Both the position numbers and the translations under genes were made by a program. A DNA stretch of 63,998 nucleotides, filler included, from Reticulomyxa filosa (taxonomy: Eukaryota; Protista; Foraminifera): the NCBI GenBank assembly GCA_000512085.1. It is 14 parts of 14 records of this genome, joined end to end, with 100 filler letters (N's around TTAATTAATTAA, not from the genome) between each part and the next. Parts side by side here need not be neighbours in the genome. Positions count along the whole stretch, not along the records: positions 35,879 to 41,175 come from ASPP01023533.1; positions 41,276 to 43,156 come from ASPP01003339.1; positions 43,257 to 45,338 come from ASPP01006829.1; positions 45,439 to 46,615 come from ASPP01008232.1; positions 46,716 to 51,851 come from ASPP01004141.1; 9 more parts are not named here. One strand, written 5' to 3'. Positions 36,241 to 49,700 of the stretch are shown one piece after another. The notes beneath the pieces were generated by a model. It was not told the origin of the DNA and made no database searches. It worked only from the letters and a program-made list of their open reading frames with translations. Within the stretch, counting starts at the first letter, position 1, and every line of letters starts with the position of its first letter.

Positions 36241-37292
36241 CACTTTAAGCCCCTCTGAGATGCCCACAGCACAGCCAGTCCTACCAGGGCCTAGGCCAAC
36301 CAGAAGTCCTTCACTTCCCACTTTGCAACCTACTTTTCGTCCTACTCGCTCCCCTACTCACTTGCCTACTCCCCGTCCCACTTCGAACCCTATTCCTGAC
36401 CCAACGAAAAACCCTTCTTCTCATCCTTCTCATCGTCCTACTTTGAATCCTGTTATTCTTACAACGAAAAATCCTTCTCCTCATCCTTTTCCTCGTCCTA
36501 CTTTGAATCCTGTTATTCCTCCAACGAAAACCCCCTCTTTGGTTCCCACTCTTTCTCCCACTTTGACTCCCACTCTCTTTCCCATCCTTCCTCCCACTCA
36601 CGCACCTACTATTCAATCAACTTTGAATGAAAAGTCGCTTCATAGCAGTTCCTCCAAACTCAGTTCCACACAAAGTGCACTGGTGGCTGTAGTGGTCATA
36701 TTGGTGGTATTGATTGCCTGCGTCGGTGCTTTACTTTTTGCTGCTCACATCTTTATCATGAATCCGCTCAAACGAAGATATGCGTCCATGCTAACAGACT
36801 TTATTCACTCAAATTCACCTGCCCCGATCAGCATTTCTTCAAATGAAATGATGTTGAAACAATACCAGAGACTCGCAGAATCACAAGATGTCCCAATCAG
36901 TGAATCACAAAATATTGAGTTGGCTGCTTCTGACCACAGTTTCTCCTCCTTTTTTTTTGTAACAAAAAAAAGTGAGCATTTCATTTTTTTTTTTGGTGAT
37001 ATAAAAAAAAGATAAGAGTACAGACGAACTTGAACCGAGTGAACAACATGAAGGATTTGATCCAAATGTTGAAACCAAAAAAATACCGAACTTGGAGGAA
37101 GCTAGTGACGTTATTAACCAAAAGGACAATAATAACGCAATTGATCAAACAGATAATGATAATGCCATCGATCAAGCGGACAACAATAATGCCATCGATC
37201 AAGCGGACAACAATAATGCCATCGATATTATTGCTATACCAGGAAGACTTAGTCTTGATCAAGAAAACGAAGGACTACCACTTACTGGGTAA
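35879..37292 (+). CDS. Type I membrane protein with a Pro/Thr/Lys-rich mucin-like stalk (5' truncated)
   Basis: Open frame of PTLKPTKKPTKP repeats, then one TM 'ALVAVVVILVVLIACVGALLFAAHIFI'. Intron 36939-37011. Cytosolic (DNNNAIDQA)-type repeats. Confidence 0.75.
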
Positions 37293-38211
37293 ACAATGTT
37301 GCTACAAATGACATTTGTCGCTTTGATGGTAAATCTGTCGCTTTCGAAATAAAAATTCATATTGTAAATTAGCCATTACAAATAAGTCAATAGTGTAGAA
37401 TAAATTTGACAAGTTGTTTCGATGTTATAAACATTTTAATGATTACCACGTCGTACTAAGTACATCCATCGCTTTTTTAACGAGCTAATTTAGATTTCAT
37501 TCAGCAACATAATATTTCTGTCTCTCCCAAAATAATTTTTGAGGTTGAGGTGTTGTGTCATTACCAGAAATTAGGTCAGATATTTTCACTAAAAAATGGA
37601 TAAATTTATGCAAAGAAAGTAAGCGCGTGAAAATATAAATAAGTTTTGTGTTGTGGGAAGATTTTTTTTTTCACATCACAATCTGGTATGATACCTCAAA
37701 AAATGCACAAGAATTTCAGAACAAAATTTTATCAATAGGAAAAAGAAGTCTCGAGAAGTTTAAGGACATATTGTTTCATAAAAAAAAAATTCTAATGCTA
37801 ATATTAAGTTTTAAGTGCACTGCATAGATAATTTTAATAAGTTTGGATTTGTTCAACGTTAATGTATGAATTTAGAATTTGAATTTTCGTTGCAGTTACG
37901 ATGGATGAGAGTAAGGATCGCGTTATTCAAGAAAAAAATCATAGCAAACAAGTCTTTGGTTACCTACTTTGCGTCATTCCACAATAGAAAGAGGAGAGAG
38001 AAGGCGATCGATATTTGCGTATTCCAACAATATCAAAGGCTGAACTTGTGTTCATGCCAAAAAGAATACTAAAAAAGTATCTCGTCGACATCATTCAAAA
38101 GTGATATTAACAATTTGGTAATTAAAAGGAAGCAATGCACCAGTGAAGATCGCGTCAATGGTGAAAGCAAATTGAAAATCAACGAGTGCGGTTCGGTTTG
38201 AGGTGGAGTGT

Positions 38212-41175
38212 TTATGCAGGTTTGATGGTATGACTTTCGGGACTGAAATCACGCTCCAATTCGGGATTCTCTGCTAAAAATGCCTAGTAAAACAAGCAAA
38301 GTACTTTTTTAATAATATATTGCATGCGCGATTTTGTTGAAAAGATAATTAAAAAAATGCAATACAAACATTGAGCTGATAAAGGAGTGGCTCTTGTTGC
38401 TTGGGCCATTTGATGCCAGTTGTTTTGAATCGGAGTGGTATTTTTTGTTTGGAAGGTGCACAACAAGGACAAAACCATTCTTCGAATCTCTCAATCCATT
38501 GTTTGTTTGGTCTAGGACGCAAGCATCGATGATGATAAACAGCAGGACACCCTTCACAACATAGCAAATTGCCTGGTTGTCGACAAACTCGACACATGGA
38601 CTCATTTTTATCATCTCCGCTGTCATTTCCATTGAAAGCATCAGCAATCACCTTTCTTTTTTTGTTGAAAGGAATGGTTGAAGATACGACCGAGTCTTGT
38701 CCCATTTGTCCAAGACTTCTTTTTTTATTGTTTTTGATTGAAGTGGCAGGAGTGTGAGGTGTGGCTGTCGTGTGGTTACTGTTGTCATGTCCATGTGCGG
38801 TAGTACTTTTACTGTGTGCCTTGGTACCACTATTACCATCATTGCTATTCCATTGACGTCGGCATTGGATAAACCCTTTGACTTTTTACCTTTGCCAGAA
38901 GACTTGGAATGACGATGCTTATTATTTTTGCCGTCAGTGTTTTTGGATTTCGTTTTGTCGCCGCCTTTCAACTTTGTTTTGAATTTGGCATTCAACTTAG
39001 ATTTCGGCTTGGACTTGGATTTTGCTTTGTTTTTGTCTTTGTTTTATCTTTGCTCTTATCCTTGTCTTTATCTTTATCCTTATCTCTATCCTTGTCTTTA
39101 TCTTTATCTTTATCTTTGTCTTTGTCCTTTTCCTTTTCCTTTTCTTTTTCTTTTTCTCTTTCTTTTTCTTTATCCTTGTCTCTGTCTTTATTTTTGGAGC
39201 CCTTTGGTCTCCCTCGTTGTTTGCTGACACTTGTTCTTTTGGTTTTTGTTTCTTCGCTTGTGGCAACGTCTTTCTCAATTGGACTCACTTTTACCATCAT
39301 CGACGACTTGTCTTTGGCGTCTCTGCTCTCACTGGGCTGCTGTGGAGTCATCGGAGCAACGGCCTTGGCCTCATTGTTGAGAGTCAAGATCGGGACGAAA
39401 GGATTGCCTTGAGTTTGGATGGGGATCGGAATTTGAATGCTGTGATTGTTGGCGGGATAGGCCCCCATAGTGGTGGTGGCCGTGGTTGTCGCCGTAGCCG
39501 TGGTGGGCGTCGTGGCTGTGGTCGCAGTGGTTGCAGTCGTGGCCGTGGTCGTCGCAGTGGTAGTCGGTATCATACCATTGTGCATGGCCTCAAACGAACT
39601 GGCATTCAAGCCGAGGGGATGTGGAATGAGATGCGAAGGTCTGCCATAGGAATTAAAGAGAGAGGCGATATTATTTTTGGTATTGGCAATGGTGTGATGC
39701 AGATTGGCATTGATATCCAACGGCAAGACCGGTCTCATGACATAAGGATGGATCCGTATTCGCGTTGGGGTCTGAGAATTTTCCAACTGAACCAGTGCTT
39801 CTCTGGGATTCGTCGAACTAGGTTTATCTGAACAAGGTAAAATCGACAAGACTTTGCCTCGTGACGCGTACTTCAGCATTGACATGTCTTCATTTTCAAA
39901 GCGCAAATCCGACTGCATGTCCATCTTGTCCGTATTGATTTCCACCACACATCCCGGGTCGATCCTTTCCAACAGTGCGGCGCAAGTGCACCAGAGTTCT
40001 CGGTTCGTACACTTCTTGCGAACGGCTTCGAGGAACTGCACTGCGCTCAATGACAATCGAAACTGTTGTGTCAATGCTTGGAGTTCTTGTAGAGAGAGAG
40101 ACCCAGAACCAGAAGGAACAGAGCCGGAACCAGGAACCGCACCGGAACCAGAACCAGCAGCAGCAGCAGAAGCAGAACGATGAGTATCTTCCAATTCCAA
40201 TCGATCAGCACTTTCGTGATAGTGTTTGAGGAACATTTGATACAAATGGTCGGCGATGCTTTTGAGTTGGGACACATTCAAAGGAATAGCCACAGTCGGT
40301 GGGGTGATTCCGCCATCGCCTTTCAAAGTGATCCAGCGATCAAAGAGCTCTTGACTGATACCCATTGCTGTGCCAGATAGTTTTCATTAGTGCACGAGAA
40401 GATAAGACCGTTGCAACCACTCAAAGACATTGCGGAATAAGGTGATAAGACCCAAGTCTTTTTGGAATACAGTGAACAGCATTGTCGATTGCGACGGCGA
40501 TTGCAGGTGCAAGTAAATTTGCATTTGTAGCAAATACAAATCGACTTTGGCATTGTGCAGCTCCATTTCTTTTTGCTGTGATTTTTGGATATATTTGTTC
40601 GACTGCACAGTGCACTTTTCAAATTGCTGCATGCACTGCTGATGAACATGCGCCAGCTGATCATACTTTTTCTGCATGTCCATTCCTTTCATCACTTCCA
40701 ATGTCTTTTGCTCCATTTCCATTTGCAACGCTTTCAGTTTCTTCTTGCACTCCAATAACTCCTCCTTCATTTCATCGCCTTTTTTATTCCACTTTGCCTC
40801 CTTCTTGCGATATAACTCGCTGTTCTTCTGCAGCTGCAACTTCTCTTGCGTCAGCGCCGCCACGCGCGCGTTCTTCTCTTCCATCGACGATTGCAGCCAT
40901 TGCTGGATGTCTACGTCACGAGACGCCTTAATCTTTGCGATCTCGTTTGACACGTCCTTGCATTGCCCGCTCTTTTTCTCCAATTGTCGCTTCATTTCGC
41001 TCATCTTCTCTTGTAATCGATGGTACTTTGCCGTCGCTTCTGCTTTTATTCGACTCATTTGCTCTTTCAATATCTTATTCTTTTCTTCTAACTTTTGTCG
41101 CACCTTCGCACGTGCCAATGTTGAAAACGATGATGGCGACGAGGAAGAAGAAGAAGAAGAAGAAGAAGAAGAAGA
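38212..41175 (-). CDS. Chromatin protein: coiled coil, AT-hook and C-terminal PHD finger (5' truncated)
   Basis: PHD 'CRVCRQPGNLLCCEGCPAVYHHRCLRP...WFCPCC'. AT-hook 'KQRGRPKGSKNK' (~39190-39222). KD/KE repeat. N-terminal coiled-coil ORF 40387-41118. Last exon 'AFLAENPELERDFSPESHTIKPA*'. Confidence 0.75.
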
Positions 41176-41275
41176 NNNNNNNNNNNNNNNNNNNNNNNNN
41201 NNNNNNNNNNNNNNNNNNNTTAATTAATTAANNNNNNNNNNNNNNNNNNNNNNNNNNNNNNNNNNNNNNNNNNNN
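41176..41275. other. Artificial contig spacer
   Basis: 44N-TTAATTAATTAA-44N. Confidence 0.98.
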
Positions 41276-42304
41276 AAACTAATAAATGTCAAATTTCTTA
41301 AATTTCCAATTTCCGATGGAATTGTACCAGTTAATTTATTTTGTTTGAGGAGTAAATATTCCAATCCAACAAGATTTCCAATTTCTTTTGGTATTGTGCC
41401 AGAGATCCTACAAACAAAAAGAGAGTAAAATATTTATATTATCTAAAGAAAGTTAGAAGAGAAAGAGAGAAAAAAAAAAAAAAAAAAAACTTACCAATTT
41501 TTGCCCGCATCAAAATATAAGAGGTTGATCAAATTTCCAATTTCTGATGGAATTGTGCCACTTATGTTACTAACATCAAACAAATAAATAAAAGATAGCT
41601 ATAAAAATACGTAACATGTATGTACGTCTTAACTTTGAATATATTTTCAAAAATTGTAAATTGATCAAATTCCCAATCTCTGATGGCATTGTTCCTGTCA
41701 ATCTATTTTTATTTAAAAAAAAACTCTTTTTTTTTTTTTTTTTTTTTTAAGTGGAAAAAGAGGAAAACTTATTGTAATCTAATTCTAATGATCTCAGTTT
41801 TGAAAGTTGGCTATTATTGTGCAAAAAAAAAAAAAAAGTCTAATTTTTTTTTTGGACTTTTTTTTGGAGAAAAAAAATGTACCAAATTTCAGGGGGAATA
41901 GAACCGTCCAGAAAATTTTCCATCATCAATTGTTGTAAATTGGTGAGATTTGCTACACATGCAGGTATTGTTCCAAGCAGGAATCGATCGGTTAGGATAA
42001 TTTTAGTGACAGTAGACTGTCCATTTTCGGAATCACAAGTCACTCCTTCAAATGAACATCCGTCATTTGTTGAAATGTTCCATTTTAATCCTTGAATTGC
42101 ATCGTAAAAGCATAATAATGCATTCATCTCAGACTCAGATAAATTTGATGTTTGGCTCACTTTTTTTTTTTTAATTTCAATTTATTTACGACAAGTCGGA
42201 ACAAACAAAAAAAGGAATAATGTAAGTTTTTAAAGGAAACTGCAAAAATGAGTCCACCAACTGCAAATGACGGTCAACCAAAAGAAATTCAAGAACCAAA
42301 TCAT
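41276..42304 (-). CDS. Secreted or receptor leucine-rich-repeat protein with plant-type LRRs (3' truncated)
   Basis: Hydrophobic signal-like exon '[17 protein letters not shown]'. LRR N-cap 'EMNALLCFY...W...C.FEGVTC'. Repeats '[14 protein letters not shown]' spread over several short exons. Confidence 0.85.
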
Positions 42305-43156
42305 GTGTTCTTACTGATTTAATTTCTTTCTTTAAAACTTTTTCTACATACAACTCCTTTTTGTCATTCGTTGTTACGTTCAACAAGACAGTTTTGAAAC
42401 TCTGAATTGTTTATTTTTATCTTGGTTTGATTCAAAAGCTTTAACAGGAGCCATGAAAAGAAGACAGGAGTCAACTGTTAAGATGCACTCAAATATGTCT
42501 AATTTTTTCAAGAAATCGATAAATTACAAACTAAAAAGATACCAATTTAATTTTACTTTTCTTTTTAAAGTCACTAGTGAAAGAGAAAAAAAAGGGGTCT
42601 TTTGTTTTTATTGTTGAGTTCCATTCCTCTCATGAACAGACGCTTTTGTTTCTTAAGTTACATAAAAAATCTTTACCTTTTGTTTTGGAACGTAGAAAAA
42701 CTTTTGGTGTGAAACAAGTTTCGTCTAATTGAACGACATTCCTAGAGAAACGATGTTTAATACCTGGAGAATGATATACATTTTTATCCTTACGATTGTT
42801 GAGATCCCTTTTAAAAGAATAATGTATTGTTTTTTTTAGATTCGCACTTTTCTGAAGAAGCGAAAATGTGTGGAAATTGTGTCAATAAAATTAAAAATAT
42901 AAAATTTGATATTGCATGATAAAAATTGTTATCAAAAATAATTAAAAGAAAAAATTACGCAGGTTAATATTTTATAGCCAGTTCAATACTGTAAAAGTGA
43001 TCTTTATTTATTGCTTCAAAAAGTTGTAATTAAATATATGAGTAATGAAAATAATAACAATGAAATAAATAAATTAATGAAATGAGTTCTTTTTACAGAC
43101 AATTACGATCACTGAAGCAATAATATTTCAATTGCCTTAAGAGAAAGCCTACAAAT

Positions 43157-43256
43157 NNNNNNNNNNNNNNNNNNNNNNNNNNNNNNNNNNNNNNNNNNNN
43201 TTAATTAATTAANNNNNNNNNNNNNNNNNNNNNNNNNNNNNNNNNNNNNNNNNNNN
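43157..43256. other. Artificial contig spacer
   Basis: 44N-TTAATTAATTAA-44N. Confidence 0.98.
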
Positions 43257-43539
43257 TTAATTTTAATAAAAGTTCAAATGATACTCATTCTCGCAGAATT
43301 TTCAAAAATCATTTGAAAGAATGGTGATTTCATCCAACAAAAAAAAAGTTATTAAAAAATCAATATTACATTTAAAAACTACAAGACTTGTAGATATTTT
43401 TTTTTAAAAAAATTAGGTATAAATGTTGATTTTTCATTGAGAAAATCAATTATCAGTTTTAGGCGTTCAGTTTTCTTTGCAACATACTGTAGCACGTTGG
43501 TAAATTTGAATTAAAAAAAATTTGTGGTGCCTGAGTATG

Positions 43540-44180
43540 ATAAGAGTTTTAAAATTTAAAGTAAATGAAAGATTGAAATAAAACCAAAATTATATTTAAA
43601 GATATTTAATTGTACTTTAATAATTTTATCAAAATCATCAATCCATCATAATTTTATCTTTAAATTTCGAATCCAATGGATACATTGTGTCCACAGCATG
43701 AAAATATAAATAAATCATTGATTGTTGGAGAAAATTATTTAAAACTATTTCTTGAAAACGATAATAGCTCTTGTCCAATTCAACAATATGATAAATATCA
43801 ATATTCAAGAAACAACGCTGTATTGATGACTTAACAATAATATGCATAAGATAATTTGAACAAGATTTAAAAACATTGTGCGGAACTCAAGGAAAATTAA
43901 AAGTTTAAATTCTCAATTAATCAATAACGCCCCTTTGGTTGTAGTCATGTCAAATGATCTTTTAAATGATGAAAAACAGTCTATGAAACAAATATCAAGT
44001 AGATATTGAAATGATAAAAAAGACTTTAATGATAAAGAAAAACAGATTTTATCATATTTTCACTTTCTTGGACGTAATTATATGACAAAAAAATATAAAG
44101 GTTGCATTTCAATACAAATTTCTAATGTATATCCAAGATATAAACAAATAAATATGTATTTTTCAAATACGAATGGTAAT
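43540..44180. pseudogene. Decayed AT-rich multigene-family fragment
   Basis: Short protein-like remnants on both strands, following the dispersed repeat shared with 33281; many stops. Confidence 0.25.
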
Positions 44181-44499
44181 TAATAGGATATGAGTTATTA
44201 TTTTTTTGAGAGTTTGTTCAAACATCTTTAGACTGGTTTGTTTGCAAAATTACTTTGTCGAATATGCAACTGTTTTTCGATGCATTTATCAAAGTTGTTT
44301 TGAATCAACAAACTGTAGTGTTAAACTGACGCAGCAGTATCTGTCTTACTTTCATCACTTTGCCAATTTTTTACAAAAAAACTGTTTAATCGTTTTTTTA
44401 ATATTTTTAATGAGAAAAAGGGAAATAATTGGGATATTTATGTAGATTAGCAAAAAAAATAATCTTATTTAATTCATTCAAAGTCAGATCACATTATGA

Positions 44500-45140
44500 A
44501 GGACTTGGAGTGGATGGCGCGCAGCAGTGAAATCATTGTGCCTCATTTTCAATTCAAGACATGGAATTTGAGATAAGACTCAGTGTTGTCAAGGAACTGT
44601 ATGTGAACTGTAGGAAAATTTAAATATTGAAACTTTTTGAACAAAATTTTGATTTTTCTTTGCGTTTTTGTTTGACAAGCTGTCTATGGCAAGGGCTAAA
44701 ATCAGTGAAGAGTGAACGACGAAGCAAGGAGTAGTCTGACACAGTCACGCCCTCCAGTGCAAAAGCTTTATTGATCTGTAGTAGGCTTCATCTGGGGCTT
44801 GATTCGTATTTGGGGATAGAGAAGAAATTTTTTTGGTTGGGAAATGTTCGTCGCACCATTTGCAGTAGATTGTAATTCTTGCTCGAATTTTTAGTTTCTT
44901 TTGATCAAGACATGAGATTTCCATCCAACACAATTCATAACCACATATTCGACATAACACTCCAGCTCTACCTGTTTCACTCCAGTGATGAACAAGATGC
45001 TGTAAATTATAATTGATATACTTCTTCTTTGATCTAAATCCTTCTTGCAATAAACAGATATGGGGCTGCGTCTGATGCAAATTTTGTTCTAATATTTGGG
45101 CTTTGGAATAAAATCCATTGATGTTGTTCTGGAATAGACT
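44500..45140 (-). mobile_element. Degenerate non-LTR retrotransposon (LINE) APE-endonuclease remnant
   Basis: EEP/APE motifs 'LFQNNINGF' and 'PHICLLQE', 'GRAGVLCR', and a downstream decayed 'DF.A.RHPL' (compare GDFNAHHP). No introns, no RT visible. Confidence 0.6.
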
Positions 45141-45338
45141 TTTTTTTTTAGATGGGTTGCGGTGGGGGCGTGTCAAGCGTTGGACTACTCACTCGCTTCA
45201 TCATCAGCTTGCACTTCTTTTTGCACTATCTACTTGCACAAACTCAGGTATCGAAACGAACTTTGCCTCTGCCTTGACAACCTTGATCATAATATCTGGT
45301 TTCCACGTTCGATCCCCAATGATGAAATATTTCATCGA

Positions 45339-45438
45339 NNNNNNNNNNNNNNNNNNNNNNNNNNNNNNNNNNNNNNNNNNNNTTAATTAATTAANNNNNN
45401 NNNNNNNNNNNNNNNNNNNNNNNNNNNNNNNNNNNNNN
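45339..45438. other. Artificial contig spacer
   Basis: 44N-TTAATTAATTAA-44N. Confidence 0.98.
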
Positions 45439-45559
45439 ATATTAAAAAGATAAAGACCACCACACCACACATGTCGAAGAAAAAAAGAGGGAGAAATATG
45501 AATAAAGCAAGCAATACTCAACGAGTGAATATAACAACACAACAAAAAAAAAAAAAGAA

Positions 45560-46560
45560 GTGAAATAAATCCGACCATATCGTCGACGACAGCAAAAGAG
45601 GCCGAAGTACAAGAAAAAGCAGCAAATGACAACGTGACGAAAGTCCCTGGCACAAATACAGATCCCTCTCCAGAAGTAGAAGCCACCGGCATGAAAACAG
45701 AAACAGAGAAGCAAGAAAATCAAGGCATGTATGTGTTTGTTTGTGTAAAGCTCAAAGCAATTGCTAATGCATTGTGTGAGTAAAAAGCAAATTGTAAAAC
45801 AAATATAAAACATATTTGTACGTACCACTTTATCCCATAAACGATTTAGTTGCGGAGATGACCGAGCCTCCAATAGAACAAGCAATTGACATAAAGTTTG
45901 TTATTTTGTGTGTGTGTGTGTGTGTGTGATATATGATTGAATTTTTCTTTTTTTTTTTTTTTTTTTTTTTTGCGATTATTAGGAAAAAAAAAGAGAAGAA
46001 ACAGCAAAAGAGATTGAGCCTGAAACAAAAGAAGCACCAAGTGAAGCAGGAACAACAGTTGTAGAGACAACATCACCCATAGAGGTCCCTAAAGTCGAGC
46101 CAGAAGAGCAACCGCCTGTGCAAGTGCACAAGCAGGAGCAGGAGCAGGAGCAGCCACTCGCGCCAACACAAGAACCAGCACCAGCACCAGCACTAGCTGC
46201 AGTGATCGAAGTGGAAGAAAAAAAAGACGAAGAAAGTGAGATGGAAAAAGTGCGAGAGTTGGAATACAAAAAAAACTTGGAAGACCAAAAGCAGAGAAAC
46301 CGACTCCAAAATCAGCTCATTCGAGAGAAAGAGCAGCAAGAGCAACAACAGCAACAGCAACAACTACTTGATAACAATGGCAAGCTCCCATTGCACGTAA
46401 AAAGCGAATACATTTGGGAAAAGTTTGAAGTGACTGTCAGTAAAAACCAATGTTCTGCCAAATACTTGAACTATCTAAAACAACTGAAGCAAAACGATCG
46501 ATTAAGAAAAGAGACGCTTACACAAAAGAATCAAGCTGGAAAACAACATATTCAACCTTT
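45560..46560 (+). CDS. Internal fragment of an E/Q/K-rich hypothetical protein
   Basis: Exon-like segments 45560-45724 and ~45983-46560 (ORF 46118-46663) separated by intron-like DNA; both ends truncated. Confidence 0.45.
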
Positions 46561-46615
46561 GTTTCGTTTTATTTGTTTTTCCTCGCAATCATTTTGTAAA
46601 GAACTATTCATATGT

Positions 46616-46715
46616 NNNNNNNNNNNNNNNNNNNNNNNNNNNNNNNNNNNNNNNNNNNNTTAATTAATTAANNNNNNNNNNNNNNNNNNNNNNNNNNNNN
46701 NNNNNNNNNNNNNNN
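46616..46715. other. Artificial contig spacer
   Basis: 44N-TTAATTAATTAA-44N. Confidence 0.98.
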
Positions 46716-46749
<34 letters not shown>

Positions 46750-46752
<3 letters not shown>

Positions 46753-49700
46753 CGACAAGTAGAGCAAGAAGAAAAAATAGTAAGCGACTTGCAACATAAA
46801 AAAAACAATTTGGAAAATGAGTGCCAACGATGTTTGTATCGCTTGGAACAAGTGCAGCATGAAATTAGTTTTGTCTGGTTCAATTGTTTTCATACAACAT
46901 AAGAAGAACTTGAAAACAATGCTTTTTTTTTTTTTTTTAATTTTATTTTTTTTATTTTATCAATACGTCACTGAAATTGATGATTATGTGACACAGACGA
47001 CTGCAAAGGCAAAAAACAAAACGTAGAATGCCAAATCGAGACGATCACAAAACAGCAGAAACTGAGCAAAGAAATGACTGATACAAAGGACTGCAACAAC
47101 AGCTCACCGATTTGGTATCCGCAATTGATGAGAAAGAGCAACACTTGCGACAAATCCAACAGCAGATGAACGAAAAGCAAATCGAATTGGAAACACTCCA
47201 ACACAAAATACAAGGTAAGTCATTTCACTTGTTTCTTTTCCATTGTGTGTGTGTGTATATGTGCTTCAATACCTACTTTCCAATGTCCATTATTTTTTGT
47301 TTTGTATTATCTCCGTAAGAAATGGACATAGCATTGAAAGAACAAGAATATGCCAAAGCAAAACAAAGTAGTGAAAACAATGACAGCAATTTGACCTTGC
47401 CTTTGCTGAAAATGGGTGTCACTAATCCTGCACAAAACACAATGGCATCAACACTACAATGCCAGTTAGACACTGCCCACGTCGTGACAAATATCTCCAT
47501 CTCCAAAGAAGATATCAACTCCGGGCTGGCGCAAAAGCGAAAGGAACTGAGCCGGATGATCGAAGAGATAGCGTCTACAATGAAAGAGTTAAACGCCATA
47601 AAGATGAGCTGCGCAATCATCGCAAATATCATAAAATCCTACAAATGGACGCGCTTGAAAATGAAATGGGCGAACGAGGCGAACAACTAAAGCAATTAAA
47701 ACATGATATCAACGAAATGTTATCCAAACAACTAGGTTTTTTTTTTTTTTGAATACATACATATGGTACATGTACATATATACGTTATTTACGTATTTGT
47801 GTGTATAACAATGTAATGGACGTTCCAGGCGCTGATGAGAACAATAGTAACCAACCAAGACGAATTGCGTGGGTTTGAACATCAAATCCAATTGAAACAA
47901 ATGGAACTGATGAACAAAAATAATGAATTTGACGCTCTGACCGCAGAAACTAGTAATTTACAGATGAAGTATCACACAATGCACTCGGATTGGGAAAAAA
48001 AGTCTGCACAATTAAAATCTCTCCACAAAAAACTTGGCAAGGCAGAGTCGATGTTAATCGATTCCAATAAAGAAATTGAAAGCAACAAAAATACGCTCAT
48101 TCAACTCCAACGACAAATTATTGATGGACAATCCTCTTTGAAAACGTCGTTGGAAAATCTCAAACGAAGCAGCGCCACACAAGACGCCATTCAACTCATG
48201 CGAATGGTGGAAAAGATGAATGAAGAAAGGGAGCAGCTTAACAAGATTGAAAGTGAAATTGAAAAAAAGAAAATCGAATTGGAAAGTGTCCAACAGAAAT
48301 TATTGTTTGTATTTTTTTTTTTTAACATTTTTCATTTTTAAAAAAAAAAAAAAAAACTAAAAGTGGTTCATTAGCATTTTCGAATGTACGTATTACTTTT
48401 TTTTTTATGAAAATTTTTTTTAACGTAAAAAAGACAAGAGAAAGAACATGAAGGCCAGATGAAAGTGGAAATAGCGTCATTGAAAGAAACCTGCGAGAAA
48501 CTAAACAAGTCGAAAGAACATTTGGCACACGAAATTGAAAGTTTAAATGAACAACTACATAAACTAGAAAGGAAGAAAATTGGAACAGAGAGAGAACTTA
48601 CGTCGCAAGAACGAAGTGTTCAATCCATCAAAAAAGAATTACAAACACAAACCAGTTTTGCGATATTTGTGTGTATATACAATGTATACGTACGTATAAT
48701 TGTTTTTTTCAAAAAAAAAAAAATATGCATACATTGTCACATAAAAAAAAAAAAAAAGAATCGGCTGTCTGAATTGCGTCAGGAATATACGACGGTGGAC
48801 AAGGAATTGAATAGCAAACGCTACCAATTGATGACGTTGAAAGAAGAATGGAACAACTTGCAGTTGCGAAAGCAGCAAGATCACAGCAGCACGTTGTCAT
48901 CAGTGTCATTGGCAAATGAGTCAATAGAGATACTCAAGCTGTCCAATTTGCCGAAATTGCCCAAACTTCATAAATTGGCCAATGCGAAAAGCAAAAAGCG
49001 CTTCGACATGGTCAAAGGCAACAAAAAAGAGGAAAAGAACGAAGACAAGCAAGGAATCGACGAAGACGAAGAAGAGGAGGAAGATGATGAAGCAGCAGCA
49101 GCAGCAGAAATGGACGATGAAAGTCGGAATATAGTCAATGGCAATGAGGACAACAATGACAAAAGAATGGAAAAGGACAAGGATAATCTCGCTCAACAAA
49201 TAAAAGACTGGAGACAAGAATTGAAACGTTTGGAGTCGCAAAAACAAGACATACAATCGGAATTAACTGTGTACGAAAAACAATGCCAAGAGTACATTGG
49301 CAAAATCCAAAAAAAAAAAGCGAAAAAAATGACTTGCAACAACAAGTGCGAATTCTCCAAAGCCAAATCCAAATAAGCAAAGGGGAATTGGAAATCTACC
49401 AATCCCGAATTGAAAAGGAAAAACTCCATTTGCAAGGCATGACAAAGGGACAAGATACCTCCAGTAGTGAACTCGAACATGAAATGGCCGTGGTCCAGCA
49501 TTTAAATGAACAAATCAACACATTGCAACTCGATTTTGAGCGCAAACAGCAAAGCGTCAAGGAAGTCAACGAACTCAAGCGCAAGTGCGAAAAGGAATTG
49601 GAAGACTTGACTACCAAAAAAGATGAATACTGTCAGGAAATTAAACTGTTTGCTATTAAGTTAGAAAAAGTTAAAAAGGATTATGACTATTACTACTCTA

